64,000 nt of DNA from Endomicrobiia bacterium (GCA_039630545.1 JBCNUU010000006.1:1-64000); one strand, 5' to 3'. Shown: positions 49,401 through 59,509, numbered from the stretch's first letter. The notes: generated by a model not told the origin, from the sequence alone. Numbers and translations are program-made.

Positions 49401-52211
49401 TATAAATCTTCCGGTACTTAAAGCGACACCATATGGTTTTACTAAGTATGGTTGCGATGTAGAAGGATTTAGTGCAAAATCCCATTCATTTTTACTCCAG
49501 CAATGAACCTGCCAGTAGTAAGTTACAGAAGGGCAAAGCTTAGAAAGTGTAAACATAACTGTAGTAGAACTTATATCTGAATTTTCTAAATATACATTTA
49601 TTTTCCAAAAAGGTAAAGTATACCAATGATCGGAATTCTGAATTAAGACCGTAGAAATATTTAAAAAATAATGTTTTACAGAATCAAAAGGATCTGGATC
49701 TTTAGGTTTTGACCATTCAAAATATATTGGCCCTTCCAGAGATGCTGGATTTACTATACCGGTAGGTGTAATTATGGTATAGTTAGAAGGTGGTTCTTTA
49801 ATAAAATCTATACAAAAACTTAAAGGATTTTCATTTAAAGGTGGAGAAAATGTTTCTGTTGAACTCCATATCCAGTATAGATTTTGAGGAGCATCAATTG
49901 CTCTAATCCTGAAAAAATATGTGGTATTTTCTACAAGCTCAAGTACATATCCTTCTTGGGTACCTTCTTCTATGTTTTTTACTATAACTGTGGAAACAAA
50001 AAAATCCCATTTTTTAAACCAGTCATCATATTCAAATGGTGGAGCATTAAATGTCGGATTTGTAACATATCTCCAGGCATTTGGTTCTGTTTTTGGTTCA
50101 CGCCAGCTTGAAATAAAAACTGCATATTCATATACTCCGTCTTCAGGATCAGGATCCCATGTAGGCTGCCAACATAAAACTATAGGAGTTGATTTAGCAA
50201 TAAATATCTTTTTACCATCAACAACTTTTTCCGTTACAGGATAATAGGTTGTATCATCCAGTATTACTTTATAGAAAGTTACATTTTTTATTAAAGAAAT
50301 CATACCAGTAGGGAAAAACACATCAAAACTACAAACAGGTTCATCTATTTGGTTTACCCAAAAACTTGCAACTGGAGTTTGAGTAGAAAGTTGACTAAAT
50401 CCAAAAGGAGCTCCTGAATCATATGCTACAACATACCAGTATATTTTTTGGTTCTCATAAAAAAGCAATTCATTAGAAGAAGGTTGAGTATATGGTGTCA
50501 TCAAAAAATATGAATTAGTAAGTAAACCTTCCTGTGGAATTGTAATGTAGCTTTCAAAATTTTCTGAAGTAGAAAGATAAATTTTATAACCAACAACATA
50601 ATCAAAAGGATCTATCTCATATGCATCTTTAAAATCAAAAATTAAACTACCATCTTTAGTATGCACTACAGTATTTGAAGGTGAAATTAAAGGATTTAAA
50701 GGAAACTTTGGAGCTGTATTTTGAAAGTTTACTGTAAACCTAAAAATAGCAGTGGTTGAAGAAGCATTTTCTGAATCATATACAGAAAGACTCCAGAAGT
50801 ATGTGATATTGTCTTGTAAGTCCTTAACAACTATAGATGTAGCAGAAGTAGACACTTCAACCAAAATCGCTCCTAAAGTGTTACCAATGGTATAGCTTGA
50901 GATTTTTAATGTGTAGGTAGATATATAATCTCCGTAATCAGAATCGTAACTGTTATCACTGAAAGAGAAACCAGCATGCCACACTGCATCAGACCAATCA
51001 AATTTTACTGTTGAGGAAGAAATAATGGTTGAAGTGGTATTTTTTACTGGATCATATACAAAGTGTTTGTGAGGATAAAAACATGAAGGAGAAGAATTAA
51101 AAGCTCTGCAAAAAGGAGATGAAGAAGAAATTAAAGACCAGTTTAATTTTTCATCTGCTATTTTTATAGAAAAATAATAAGGACTACTATTAACTAGATT
51201 ATTTACTACTATATTTGTAGAAATATAAGGAGTAATGTTTACATTAGTTATAAAAAAAACTTCCGTAGCTTGGTTCCATAAAGTTTCATTATATATTTTT
51301 TGGGTGTGATATTTTATCTTATAACTTCCTGTATAGGTAGAAGAATTGTATAAGAAACCATCCTCATATGAGTCTTCATATGGAAAAACCCAACTAAGTT
51401 TTACATGTCTAAATCCAGCTGAAACAAAAATTGATGTAATACTTTTTGGAGGTGAAATATCAGGCTGAGCCCACATTGTTGTTTTGTTAGACATCTCAGA
51501 AAGATTACCTAGTTCATCTTCTGCCCAAATTCTTAAATAATAAGTTATCCCACCAGATAATCCTGTAATCAAATATCCTGCAGACCATATATAAGATGGG
51601 TAAGAAAAAGTAGATATTACAATCTGGGCAGCAGAAGTACTCCAATTGTTAAAATACTCTATATCTGTATACTGAATATAATAATAACCAGAAAGAATAC
51701 CGGTCATCGTATTGTTGATATAATCATCACTTCCTTGAAATTTTAATTCAACTTCTCCCTCATGAACTCCGGGATTTGCTTCTATAATCTCTACATAAGG
51801 CAACCATAGAGTCATCCAGCCGGTTGCAATATTTGATAAGGATAAATCACCCTGAGATCCTGAAGAAATAAATACAACAAAATAAAATGTTGTAAACCTG
51901 CTTAAAGAATTCTCAAGCACAAAATTATCTAACCCTGTAAGCACAAACAATTGTTGTTGAAGAGGATTGACGGGACCCGTGGATACTACTATGGAAGAAG
52001 AAGTTGACCAGTTAACTTCATAAAAACTACTGTATTTTATGTAGTATGCACTTCCTTCAGGTAACACATCCGGACCAGGATAAGTCCATATTAGCTTTAC
52101 ACTGCCTTCTTTTAGTTCATCAATTCCTGAAATCGAAAATAAATCGGAAACAGGATTAGGTTGAGCAAAAACTTTAAAAGTAAATAAACTTAAAAATAAA
52201 ACAATATACAT
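46461..52211 (-). CDS. Giant secreted Fn3-like repeat protein with FlgD-Ig/T9SS-type C-terminal domain
   Basis: Signal peptide; ~100-aa repeats (W...DPD..D.V..Y, L.ENTTY.W.V.AYD); C-terminus FTP...WDGKD.NG..VPKGVYIY..GTIIVAK. Confidence 0.8.
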   Translation of the reverse strand: MYIVLFLSLFTFKVFAQPNPVSDLFSISGIDELKEGSVKLIWTYPGPDVLPEGSAYYIKYSSFYEVNWSTSSSIVVSTGPVNPLQQQLFVLTGLDNFVLENSLSRFTTFYFVVFISSGSQGDLSLSNIATGWMTLWLPYVEIIEANPGVHEGEVELKFQGSDDYINNTMTGILSGYYYIQYTDIEYFNNWSTSAAQIVISTFSYPSYIWSAGYLITGLSGGITYYLRIWAEDELGNLSEMSNKTTMWAQPDISPPKSITSIFVSAGFRHVKLSWVFPYEDSYEDGFLYNSSTYTGSYKIKYHTQKIYNETLWNQATEVFFITNVNITPYISTNIVVNNLVNSSPYYFSIKIADEKLNWSLISSSSPFCRAFNSSPSCFYPHKHFVYDPVKNTTSTIISSSTVKFDWSDAVWHAGFSFSDNSYDSDYGDYISTYTLKISSYTIGNTLGAILVEVSTSATSIVVKDLQDNITYFWSLSVYDSENASSTTAIFRFTVNFQNTAPKFPLNPLISPSNTVVHTKDGSLIFDFKDAYEIDPFDYVVGYKIYLSTSENFESYITIPQEGLLTNSYFLMTPYTQPSSNELLFYENQKIYWYVVAYDSGAPFGFSQLSTQTPVASFWVNQIDEPVCSFDVFFPTGMISLIKNVTFYKVILDDTTYYPVTEKVVDGKKIFIAKSTPIVLCWQPTWDPDPEDGVYEYAVFISSWREPKTEPNAWRYVTNPTFNAPPFEYDDWFKKWDFFVSTVIVKNIEEGTQEGYVLELVENTTYFFRIRAIDAPQNLYWIWSSTETFSPPLNENPLSFCIDFIKEPPSNYTIITPTGIVNPASLEGPIYFEWSKPKDPDPFDSVKHYFLNISTVLIQNSDHWYTLPFWKINVYLENSDISSTTVMFTLSKLCPSVTYYWQVHCWSKNEWDFALNPSTSQPYLVKPYGVALSTGRFIVSNQRPLKFNLLSPGVSISHPFASGIKTFRPTFYWEQVYDPDNYDSFVSSYVIIISSFANFSSYYTFYSSDTKFILNFDLHPRTTYYWYVKAYDKFGNFETPYSTFYFQTTNFDPNNFELVYPLNDEIVLSSFKFKFKNNGDLDRDILYYTLYISSFQNFSVYEKFSAGTNIGKQIGETIEAEIFFDFKENTQYFWQVVAYDNYGGISSSTIGSFWVNFYEENPKSFYLNITSGVIKERYINLSWQQSYDSDPKDYVEQYKVVISSAESYIVGDSTYIVILGSTTLSYNIDLSKLKENAAYYWWVEAYDTKSNYTKSISSYMFIVDLQDDPPDDIYLLSPGSSYTFTRATQPLNLIWAPANITEWWKQITYELYIGELGKPPNKVEFFLGPYENYKELQPISYSTSTLKENTTYFWYVVAKNQVSQKISTTNYLFIDSQNDPPEPFGIFSPSSTVFTRKPQFIWEIGFDKDDGINYYEIKLSTKQNFQLNITTSIVVSSSVTVYTINFKLLMNSTYYWKIRAYDKRGLWRDSSVLSFYVPYFRPQGVKILNPEGEILLRRPVFEWEPLPHPEPNTSIKKYRLKIFSNKNLYSPVIDVEVSSNSYQPQINLTQNMTYYYEVIAIDEEDIFSEPTKNTFFIGVINIPSRIEKINYDNPDYRFILSWEKVQTYTDGSLADDIKGYNIYRSQDYEGVLNPSSFYKFVSTPATTFTDYIYFNTYYYLIKVVTETGIESLPSDVVSSFNSGSRIIPFLDTMKIVIPKGVEEEISFYGYKLNITTVPVEENESINFSTFMKYKLELVRNNKPVSYKFKQPINLEIFLQKENEDYSSDNFVEEKNLVKVKPLVFFNNDIEYVLVPSFYDEQKSILRCTLRSTGEYVVRKVISTQEPVITNIYPKKIFTPTASQDNKIHFVIFNPTLFTPEGEVYDLNLRYIARLKLEGVELTWDGKDTNGNFVPKGVYIYKIKVGNKTFTGTIIVAK

Positions 52212-52242
52212 AAAAATATTTAGCTTCTAAATTTAAATCATC

Positions 52243-52737
52243 TTACTTATTAAAATATACTAATTTTTTAAGGATTATTTCAACACAAATTTTAATTTCT
52301 TCTGCTGTATTAAGATAAATACTTTCCGGCTGACCAATTGGATCAAAAATTTCTGGCTGTGAAAAAAATCCCGCAAATTCTTTTAAGAGATAAACTTTAT
52401 CAAAAAATTTCTTAAAATTCAGATAGATGAAATCCATTTGGCTTTTTTCCATTACAAAAACTATATCGGAAATTTCCAATAAAGGAGAATTTATTTTTGT
52501 AGGTATATGTTTTGAAAGGTCTTTTTCTTTGATATTATAGATTTTAAAAAGTTTATTAATACTTTCTGGAATTTTAAAGTTTTGCTGTGCTATTACTCCG
52601 CAAGAGTAGACTTTAATATTATCTATATTATATTTAGCCAGAAGATGTAAAGTATATCCTTCAGCAAAAACACTTCTAAATACATTTCCATTACACACAT
52701 AAAGTATTGTTTTTATTTCTTTCATAAGTTTATTCAA
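52243..52737 (-). CDS. Low-molecular-weight protein phosphatase family (Wzb/YwlE-like)
   Basis: VCNGNVFRS (CX5R), IFDPIG. Confidence 0.85.
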   Translation of the reverse strand: MNKLMKEIKTILYVCNGNVFRSVFAEGYTLHLLAKYNIDNIKVYSCGVIAQQNFKIPESINKLFKIYNIKEKDLSKHIPTKINSPLLEISDIVFVMEKSQMDFIYLNFKKFFDKVYLLKEFAGFFSQPEIFDPIGQPESIYLNTAEEIKICVEIILKKLVYFNK

Positions 52738-53287
52738 TAAAAATTGGATTTGTGGCTAACATATGCGGAAAATCAAACTCTACCCACAACCTACTTGTAG
52801 TAAGAAGGTTTTTCCGGATTTTTGTATGAAGACGCGATTTTTTTTTAGATGTTGCAGCTTTTTAAACTTAAAAATCAAAAACTTTACCTTCAAATTTATA
52901 TTTTGTCCCCAAAATACCTAATTTTTTAGAAATTTCTATATTCGATATTTCTAATCTTTTTTTATCCCTCCATACATTATAAAAATTTCAGCTTTTTAAA
53001 GAATAAAATAAAGTATATATTTTTTCTTTTTTTATTGCAAAAAGTATATTTTTTCTTTCATAAATAGATGTTACTTCTTTACCAATTCAGCATAACACCA
53101 TACAGGTTTTTCCCTTACAGTATTCAACTAAAATTTTATCCCAGAATCCTTCTATGCTATCAACTTTTTTAACCTTCAGAAATATAACTGTAGCCATCAT
53201 AATTATAACGATTAAACAAAGATGAAAAATATGGTTTATTAAGTTTATTTTTTCTAATTCCTGTCCATCTATAACCACTTTCATAAT

Positions 53288-54412
53288 TTATAAGATATCT
53301 ATAACAACAACTTCAGATGAGGATAAAAACCTCATAGGAGGACCCCAAACCCCTGCACCTGAAGTAACATATAGTGTTGATTTATTTTTTCTAAACAGAC
53401 CATATAGGTATTTATAAAAAATTCGTGTAAAAATATGAAACGGGAAAATCTGTCCATTATGGGTATGACCACTTAACATCATAATATCAAAATTTTTGGA
53501 AAGTTCATCAAAAAATAACGGCTGGTGTGAGACAACAATATTAAGTTTTCCTGTTTTGTAGTTATTATTAATTATACTTACAATTTCTTCTTTGTGTAAG
53601 TTTTCTGTCCTAATGTCACCTAAGCCTATAATGTTAACATTTTCAATCTCAAATGAAGTATTCTGTAACACTATAAAACCAAACTGTTCAAAAATTCTTT
53701 TTGATTTCTCAATCCCAAAATAATAATCATGATTGCCTAATACTGCTATCTTTGTAGAATATATTTTTTTAATTGTTTCTTCTAATTTAACATCATATAC
53801 AAAACCAGGATCAAACATATCACCACCAAAAATAAGTATTTGGGGATCTATATTTTTTATTTTATTAAATAACTCTATTGCTATTTTATTCTTGTATTTG
53901 AAATCAAGATGTAAATCAGAAAGGTAAACAATCCTGAAACTATTATTACCATCTAAATCAACAACAATCTGTTTTATTTTTGACATTTTTATTCCACGAT
54001 AAGTTGCCAGAGTTGAAGATATTAAACTTACCAATAAAACTCCTAAACCAATATATTTATTGCTTCCTTTGAGGAATAAAAAAGAAATAAAATCACCAAT
54101 CACACAATATGAAACAAAAATTATAACAATACCCATCCAATAAAAACCAAAGAAATAAATTGTTTTTAAAACTGCATCTGGTACTACAACAGCTCTCAAA
54201 ATTAAACTTAAAAATGAAACCGAAAACATTAAAACAAATATAAACTTAACTAAATTTTTATAATTGTTTAAAGCTAAATGCCTATTTAAAAAATTAACAA
54301 TGTATAAATGTGACAAAAAATACCCAAAAATAAGCAAAAGAAATCCAACAAGAATAATTACAACTTTTGCCATTATTTTTTTAATTTTTATTGAAATTTT
54401 AGTATATACCAC
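53288..54412 (-). CDS. Membrane-anchored metallophosphoesterase (YkuE-like)
   Basis: N-terminal TMs; SDLH, GGD, GNHD, SHQP, SGHTHNGQ, GPPMR. Confidence 0.92.
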   Translation of the reverse strand: MVYTKISIKIKKIMAKVVIILVGFLLLIFGYFLSHLYIVNFLNRHLALNNYKNLVKFIFVLMFSVSFLSLILRAVVVPDAVLKTIYFFGFYWMGIVIIFVSYCVIGDFISFLFLKGSNKYIGLGVLLVSLISSTLATYRGIKMSKIKQIVVDLDGNNSFRIVYLSDLHLDFKYKNKIAIELFNKIKNIDPQILIFGGDMFDPGFVYDVKLEETIKKIYSTKIAVLGNHDYYFGIEKSKRIFEQFGFIVLQNTSFEIENVNIIGLGDIRTENLHKEEIVSIINNNYKTGKLNIVVSHQPLFFDELSKNFDIMMLSGHTHNGQIFPFHIFTRIFYKYLYGLFRKNKSTLYVTSGAGVWGPPMRFLSSSEVVVIDIL

Positions 54413-54414
54413 TT

Positions 54415-54565
54415 AAGATCTGATTTCAACATCATTCTAACAAGTTCTTCAAATTTTACTTTAGGATACCAACTTAATTTCTTTAGTGCTTTGCTTTAAT
54501 CATCACACAATTCAAAAATTTCAAAAGCATCTGTAATTTTACGCATTACAACATTTAAGAAATTT
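54415..54565 (-). pseudogene. gmd: GDP-mannose 4,6-dehydratase remnant
   Basis: VMRKITDA joined directly to LCDD*SKALKKLSWYPKVKFEELVRMMLKSDL, resembling the Gmd FVTRKIT and C-terminal motifs, with a large internal deletion and a stop. Confidence 0.6.
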
Positions 54566-54729
54566 CTTTTTTAAAACTGACAATAAAGATATTGTACTGT
54601 CTTATTTTAGTATTTACTGCTAAAAACTCATCTTCAAATAAGAATAAATAAACTTAGTACAACAAAAACAAACTCTACTTTGAATAGAGCTAACTGCACT
54701 ATGATTTTATATAGTCCGGCAGAAATCTT

Positions 54730-54900
54730 TAACCAGTTTTAATTTTCTGGCTGTTTTTTCTGCTATGATTGTAGATTTAATAATTTTTACTTCCATGTTT
54801 ATTGCATTAAACATATCCCAAATTAACATTTCTGTTTGTATACCGGTATAATTAACGATGGGTTTATTTTATTACTGTCGTTGCTTGATAAATTGGAATC
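54730..54900 (-). pseudogene. Wzc/Wzz chain-length determinant N-terminal remnant
   Basis: IPIYQATTVIK* then, after a frame change, EVKIIKSTIIAEKTARKLKL. Confidence 0.5.
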
Positions 54901-54931
54901 TATAAATTAGTGTATATTTTCATTATTTTTT

Positions 54932-56008
54932 CTATAAACCAGATTTCTGCAGTAATTTTTTAAGTTCTTCCGGATCAGAAGAAGCACTTATGGCTTCTTC
55001 CAGACTAATTAATCTTCTTTGATACAAATCTGCTAGTGCTTGATTCATTGTTTGCATTCCAAATTTTGCACCAGTTTGAATTAAAGTAAATATTTGTTCT
55101 GGCTTTCCTTCACGAATTAAGTTCCTTACAGCAGGTGTAGCAACTAACACCTCACAAGCTAAAACTCTACCTTTGCCCGAAATATGCAAAAGAAGCTGCT
55201 GTGCCAAAACTGCTTGTAGTACAAAAGAAAGCTGAACTCTTACTTGCTGCTGTTGATGAGGTGGAAAAACATCCACTATTCTGTTGACAGTAGAAACAGC
55301 ATCTGTAGTATGAAGAGTTGCAAAAACCAAATGCCCCGTCTCGGCTATAGTAAGTGCCGCAGAAATTGTTTCTAGATCGCGCATTTCTCCTATCAAAATA
55401 ATATCAGGATCTTCTCTTAACACATACTTTAATGCTGTAGCGAAACTTTCTGTATCTGAACCAACTTCTCTTTGGTTTATTATACAGTTTTTATGATGAA
55501 ACAGATATTCTATAGGATCTTCTATTGTAATAATATGGGCATTTCTATGTTCATTAATAAAATTTATCATAGAAGCTAATGTTGTTGTTTTCCCGGACCC
55601 CGTGGGACCTGTTACCAAAATTAAACCCCTTGGAAGATCTACAAGTTGAGAAACAATTTTTGGAAGTCTTAATTCTTCAAAAGTAGGAGGAGTCGAAGGA
55701 ATAGCTCTCAAAGCTGCAGCAACTGCACCCTTTTGACGAAAAACATTCATTCTTATTCTTCCTATATCTCTTACTCCAAAAGATACATCCAACTCATTAA
55801 GTGTTTCAAACCTTTCTTTCTGTTTATCTGTAAGAACAGAATAAATTAGTTTTTGACACATTTCTGGGGTAAGTTTACCAAAAGAGGTAGGTACTAACTT
55901 ACCATCAACTCTTAACATAGGAGGTAATCCAGCAGTAATATGTAAATCTGAAGCTTTTTGTTCATGCATTAAATACAACAAATTTTCCATACTTAAAGAC
56001 ATCTCCAT
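54932..56008 (-). CDS. pilT: Type IV pilus retraction ATPase
   Basis: ASDLH, GPTGSGKTTT, TIEDPIE, LREDPD, AETGHLV, AVRNLIRE. Confidence 0.96.
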   Translation of the reverse strand: MEMSLSMENLLYLMHEQKASDLHITAGLPPMLRVDGKLVPTSFGKLTPEMCQKLIYSVLTDKQKERFETLNELDVSFGVRDIGRIRMNVFRQKGAVAAALRAIPSTPPTFEELRLPKIVSQLVDLPRGLILVTGPTGSGKTTTLASMINFINEHRNAHIITIEDPIEYLFHHKNCIINQREVGSDTESFATALKYVLREDPDIILIGEMRDLETISAALTIAETGHLVFATLHTTDAVSTVNRIVDVFPPHQQQQVRVQLSFVLQAVLAQQLLLHISGKGRVLACEVLVATPAVRNLIREGKPEQIFTLIQTGAKFGMQTMNQALADLYQRRLISLEEAISASSDPEELKKLLQKSGL

Positions 56009-56034
56009 ATATCAATCCTCCCTTTAAAAATAAT

Positions 56035-57750
56035 TTAAACACCTGTTTCTTCACTAACAGTAACTCTTAAAACTTCCTCTATAGTTGTGATTCCAGCAAG
56101 CATTTTTCTTATTGCAGATTTTCTTAAAGTAGACATTCCATTTCTTATAGCTACTTTCTTTATTTCTATATCTGGTGTGTTTTTCAAAATCATTTCTCTT
56201 ATTTCATCTGTTATCTCCATAATTTCATAAATACCTATCCTTCCTTTATATCCATTATTACATTTTTTACACCCAGCACCTTTATATAGCACTACTTTTT
56301 TTTGTCTTTGAACCATATCATCAGTAACTCCTAAAGGATACAACTTCTCTACAGGAACCTCATATGGCTGTTTACATTCTGAACATATTTTCCTTACTAA
56401 TCTTTGAGCTTCAACTAAAGTAAGTGTGGAAGAAATTAAAAATGGATCTATCCCCATATTTACAAGACGCGTTACAGCAGAAGGTGCATCGTTTGTATGA
56501 AGAGTAGAAAATACTAACTGACCTGTTAAAGCTGCCTGAATTGCTATTCTTGCTGTCTCTGTATCACGAATTTCACCTACTAAAATTATATCAGGTGCTT
56601 GTCTTAAAAAAGCTCTTAAACCAGAAGCAAATGTTAATCCAACTTCAGGATTCACATTTACCTGTGTTATTCCATCTAAAAGATATTCGACAGGATCCTC
56701 TATTGTTAATATATTGACTTCTGGACGATTTAAAGTTGAAAGAGCAGAATATAAAGTAGTTGATTTTCCAGAACCGGTAGGTCCTGTAATCAAAATTAAA
56801 CCAAAAGGCAACCTAATTGTCCTTAAAAAAATCTCTAGCTGTTCTGGTTCAAAACCCAATTTTTCAAGATCCAAACACAAGGCAGAAGAATCGAGGATTC
56901 TTAAAACTGCTTTTTCTCCATATACCACAGGAAGTATTGAAACGCGAAAATCTATCTCTCTTTCATCTATGCGCATTTTTATTCTACCATCTTGAGGTTT
57001 TCTTGTTTCTGTAACATCTAGCTTTGACATAATTTTTATTCTTGCTATCAAGGCATTATAAACATGATGAGGAAAAAATGCTTCCTCTTTTGCTACTCCA
57101 TCAATCCTGTAGCGCAAACGACATTTCTTTTCAAAGGGTTCAAGGTGTATATCAGAAGCTCTTTTGCGAACTGCTGTAATAATAATATTATTTGCAAGCT
57201 TAACTATAGGTTCTTCTTCCGCAAGTTCCCTTACTTCAACTGTTTCTGGTATTGGCTCGACTTCTATTGAAGTTTCTAATTTCTCAAGTTCATTTATTTC
57301 TTTCTCTATGTGTGTTGTTTCTTCTTTTAAAAGATACTTTCTTATATTCTCCTTAATATCTTTGAGAGTGGCAACTACCGGCTTAACATTAAGTCCTGTA
57401 GAAAGTTTAATGTCATCTATTATAAACAAATTATAAGGATCAGGAAGAGCCACCGTTAAAGTATTCGTTTTTTTATCAAAACTTATAGGGAAAACATTAT
57501 GTTTTTCTATAAACGTCCTAGGCAGTAAATTAATTACAGATTCGTCTATTTCAAGTTCTGAAATATAAACAAAATCCAAATTTTGTTGTCTTGCTAAAAA
57601 AGACAAAAGAACATCTTCAGTGATATATCCTAAATTTATCAAAGTCTGCCCTAATTTTTCACCAGTTTGTTTTTGTAAAGTCAAAGCTTCTTCAAGTTGC
57701 TTTTGTGTTATAATATTTGCTGAAATTAAAATTTCACCTAATTTTTGCAT
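56035..57750 (-). CDS. pilB: Type IV pilus assembly ATPase PilB/GspE (copy 2)
   Basis: KLGEIL N-terminal (MshEN-like) region, ASDIHLEP, GPTGSGKSTT, EDPVE, CxxC/CxxC. Confidence 0.93.
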   Translation of the reverse strand: MQKLGEILISANIITQKQLEEALTLQKQTGEKLGQTLINLGYITEDVLLSFLARQQNLDFVYISELEIDESVINLLPRTFIEKHNVFPISFDKKTNTLTVALPDPYNLFIIDDIKLSTGLNVKPVVATLKDIKENIRKYLLKEETTHIEKEINELEKLETSIEVEPIPETVEVRELAEEEPIVKLANNIIITAVRKRASDIHLEPFEKKCRLRYRIDGVAKEEAFFPHHVYNALIARIKIMSKLDVTETRKPQDGRIKMRIDEREIDFRVSILPVVYGEKAVLRILDSSALCLDLEKLGFEPEQLEIFLRTIRLPFGLILITGPTGSGKSTTLYSALSTLNRPEVNILTIEDPVEYLLDGITQVNVNPEVGLTFASGLRAFLRQAPDIILVGEIRDTETARIAIQAALTGQLVFSTLHTNDAPSAVTRLVNMGIDPFLISSTLTLVEAQRLVRKICSECKQPYEVPVEKLYPLGVTDDMVQRQKKVVLYKGAGCKKCNNGYKGRIGIYEIMEITDEIREMILKNTPDIEIKKVAIRNGMSTLRKSAIRKMLAGITTIEEVLRVTVSEETGV

Positions 57751-57767
57751 ATAAGTTTAAATAAAAG

Positions 57768-59498
57768 TTACTCTTCTTCAGCAAATGTATTTTTAATTAC
57801 TTCTTCAACAGTAGTGATACCCGCTAATAATTTTTTTAAAGCCGCCTCTCTTAATGTTATCATTCCGTTTTTTCTTGCTTGTTGTTTTATCTCAAAATGA
57901 GAAGCTTTTTTAAGGATTAAATCCTTTATTGACTCATTGCAATCAATCACTTCAAATATTCCTGTTCTTCCTTTATATCCACCTTGACATTTACTACATC
58001 CTGTTCCTTTGTAAATAACTATTTCCTTCATATTCTTTACCATTTCAGATGTAACACCTAATGGTTGAAGTTGTTGAAGTGAAACCCTATATTGTCTACG
58101 ACACTCTTTACATATTTTTCTTAAAAGCTTTTGAGACATCACAAGTGTTAAAGTTGAAGCTATTAAAAACGGCTCCACACCCATATTTATCAGCCTTGTT
58201 ACTGCAGAAGCAGCATCATTTGTATGTAGAGTAGCAAAAACTAAATGTCCAGTTAAAGCTGCGTTAATACCTATTTCAATTGTTTCTTTATCTCTTATTT
58301 CTCCTATCATTATTACATCTGGATCTTGCCTTAAAAACGCACGCAAAGCAGCAGCAAAAGTAAGTCCAACTTTTTCATTGACATTTACTTGATTTATACC
58401 ATACATAACCGCTTCAACAGGATCTTCAACTGTCATAATGTTTACATCTTCAGTGTTTAAAACATTAAGTGCTGAATATAATGTTGTAGTCTTTCCTGAA
58501 CCAGTAGGACCTGTAACAAGAATCATTCCATAAGGTTGTTTTATAGCTTTTTCAAAAAGCCTAAGTTGTTCTTCCTCAAAACCTAATTCTGTTAAAGGTA
58601 AAGTAAGTGCCTGTGCGTCTATTATTCTTATACAAACTTTTTCTCCATGCGCTGCAGGTATAACTGATAAACGAAGATTTATTGGTTTGCCATTATAAGA
58701 CATCCTGACTCTTCCATCTTGTGGTTTTCTTCTTTCAGTAATGTCCATCTTACCCATTATTTTTATTCTTGCCACTACAGAAGGAAGCAATTTTTTAGGT
58801 AGAGGTTTTTGATCATGAAAAACACCGTCAATTCTGTACCTTATTCTTACTTGTTTTTCCTGGGGTTCAATAAGAATATCAGAAGCATTTAAATTCAATG
58901 CTTGTTCTATTATAAAATTTACAGCTTTTACAACTGGAGCAGCATCTGCTTTAATATCTAATTCAGTGATATCCTGTTCTTCTACTATTTCAGCAGTGCC
59001 TGTTTCTATTTCTGTTTCTGCTTTCTTTTCTATTTCTTCTATAGACTCTTTTTTCTCATAGTATTTGTTTATCGCTTCCAAAATCTCTTTTTTTCTTGCT
59101 ACAACAATTTTTATGTTATAAGGAGTAGCCAACTTAAGACTATCAAGGGCTATTATATCTAAAGGATCTGACATAGCTACAGTGAGAGTTTTTGTATTTT
59201 TGTCAAACTCAACAGGAATAAACTGAAAAGTTTTTACTAATTTTTCTGAAACTAACTTAAGAGTATCGGTAGGTATTTCATCAATTTCTGAAAGTGAAAT
59301 GTAAGGAATATTAAACTGTTTAGCTAAAACAGCAAAAAGGATTTCTTCGTTAACAAGTCCTTCTTCTATTAACAACTCACCAAGTTTTTTGCCTGTTTTT
59401 TTTTGAGTTTCTAACACACTTTGTAGTTGTTCCTGGGTAATTAGTCCTAATGCTACAAGAAGTTCTCCTAGTTTCTTATGAGGAGTTATTATTTCCAT
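57768..59498 (-). CDS. pilB: Type IV pilus assembly ATPase PilB/GspE (copy 1)
   Basis: KLGELL twice, ASDILIEP, GPTGSGKTTT, RQDPD, TGHLV, CxxC/CxxC. Confidence 0.93.
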   Translation of the reverse strand: MEIITPHKKLGELLVALGLITQEQLQSVLETQKKTGKKLGELLIEEGLVNEEILFAVLAKQFNIPYISLSEIDEIPTDTLKLVSEKLVKTFQFIPVEFDKNTKTLTVAMSDPLDIIALDSLKLATPYNIKIVVARKKEILEAINKYYEKKESIEEIEKKAETEIETGTAEIVEEQDITELDIKADAAPVVKAVNFIIEQALNLNASDILIEPQEKQVRIRYRIDGVFHDQKPLPKKLLPSVVARIKIMGKMDITERRKPQDGRVRMSYNGKPINLRLSVIPAAHGEKVCIRIIDAQALTLPLTELGFEEEQLRLFEKAIKQPYGMILVTGPTGSGKTTTLYSALNVLNTEDVNIMTVEDPVEAVMYGINQVNVNEKVGLTFAAALRAFLRQDPDVIMIGEIRDKETIEIGINAALTGHLVFATLHTNDAASAVTRLINMGVEPFLIASTLTLVMSQKLLRKICKECRRQYRVSLQQLQPLGVTSEMVKNMKEIVIYKGTGCSKCQGGYKGRTGIFEVIDCNESIKDLILKKASHFEIKQQARKNGMITLREAALKKLLAGITTVEEVIKNTFAEEE

Positions 59499-59509
59499 AA
59501 TATGTAACT

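Noticed and set aside
46461..52211. Nucleotide-level tandem repeats or diversity-generating elements in the giant gene
   Set aside because: The repeats are visible only as diverged protein motifs; no near-identical DNA repeats or reverse transcriptase were seen.
52738..53287. 65-aa ORF and downstream broken frames
   Set aside because: Probably a decayed gene, but no family could be recognised, so it is not called.
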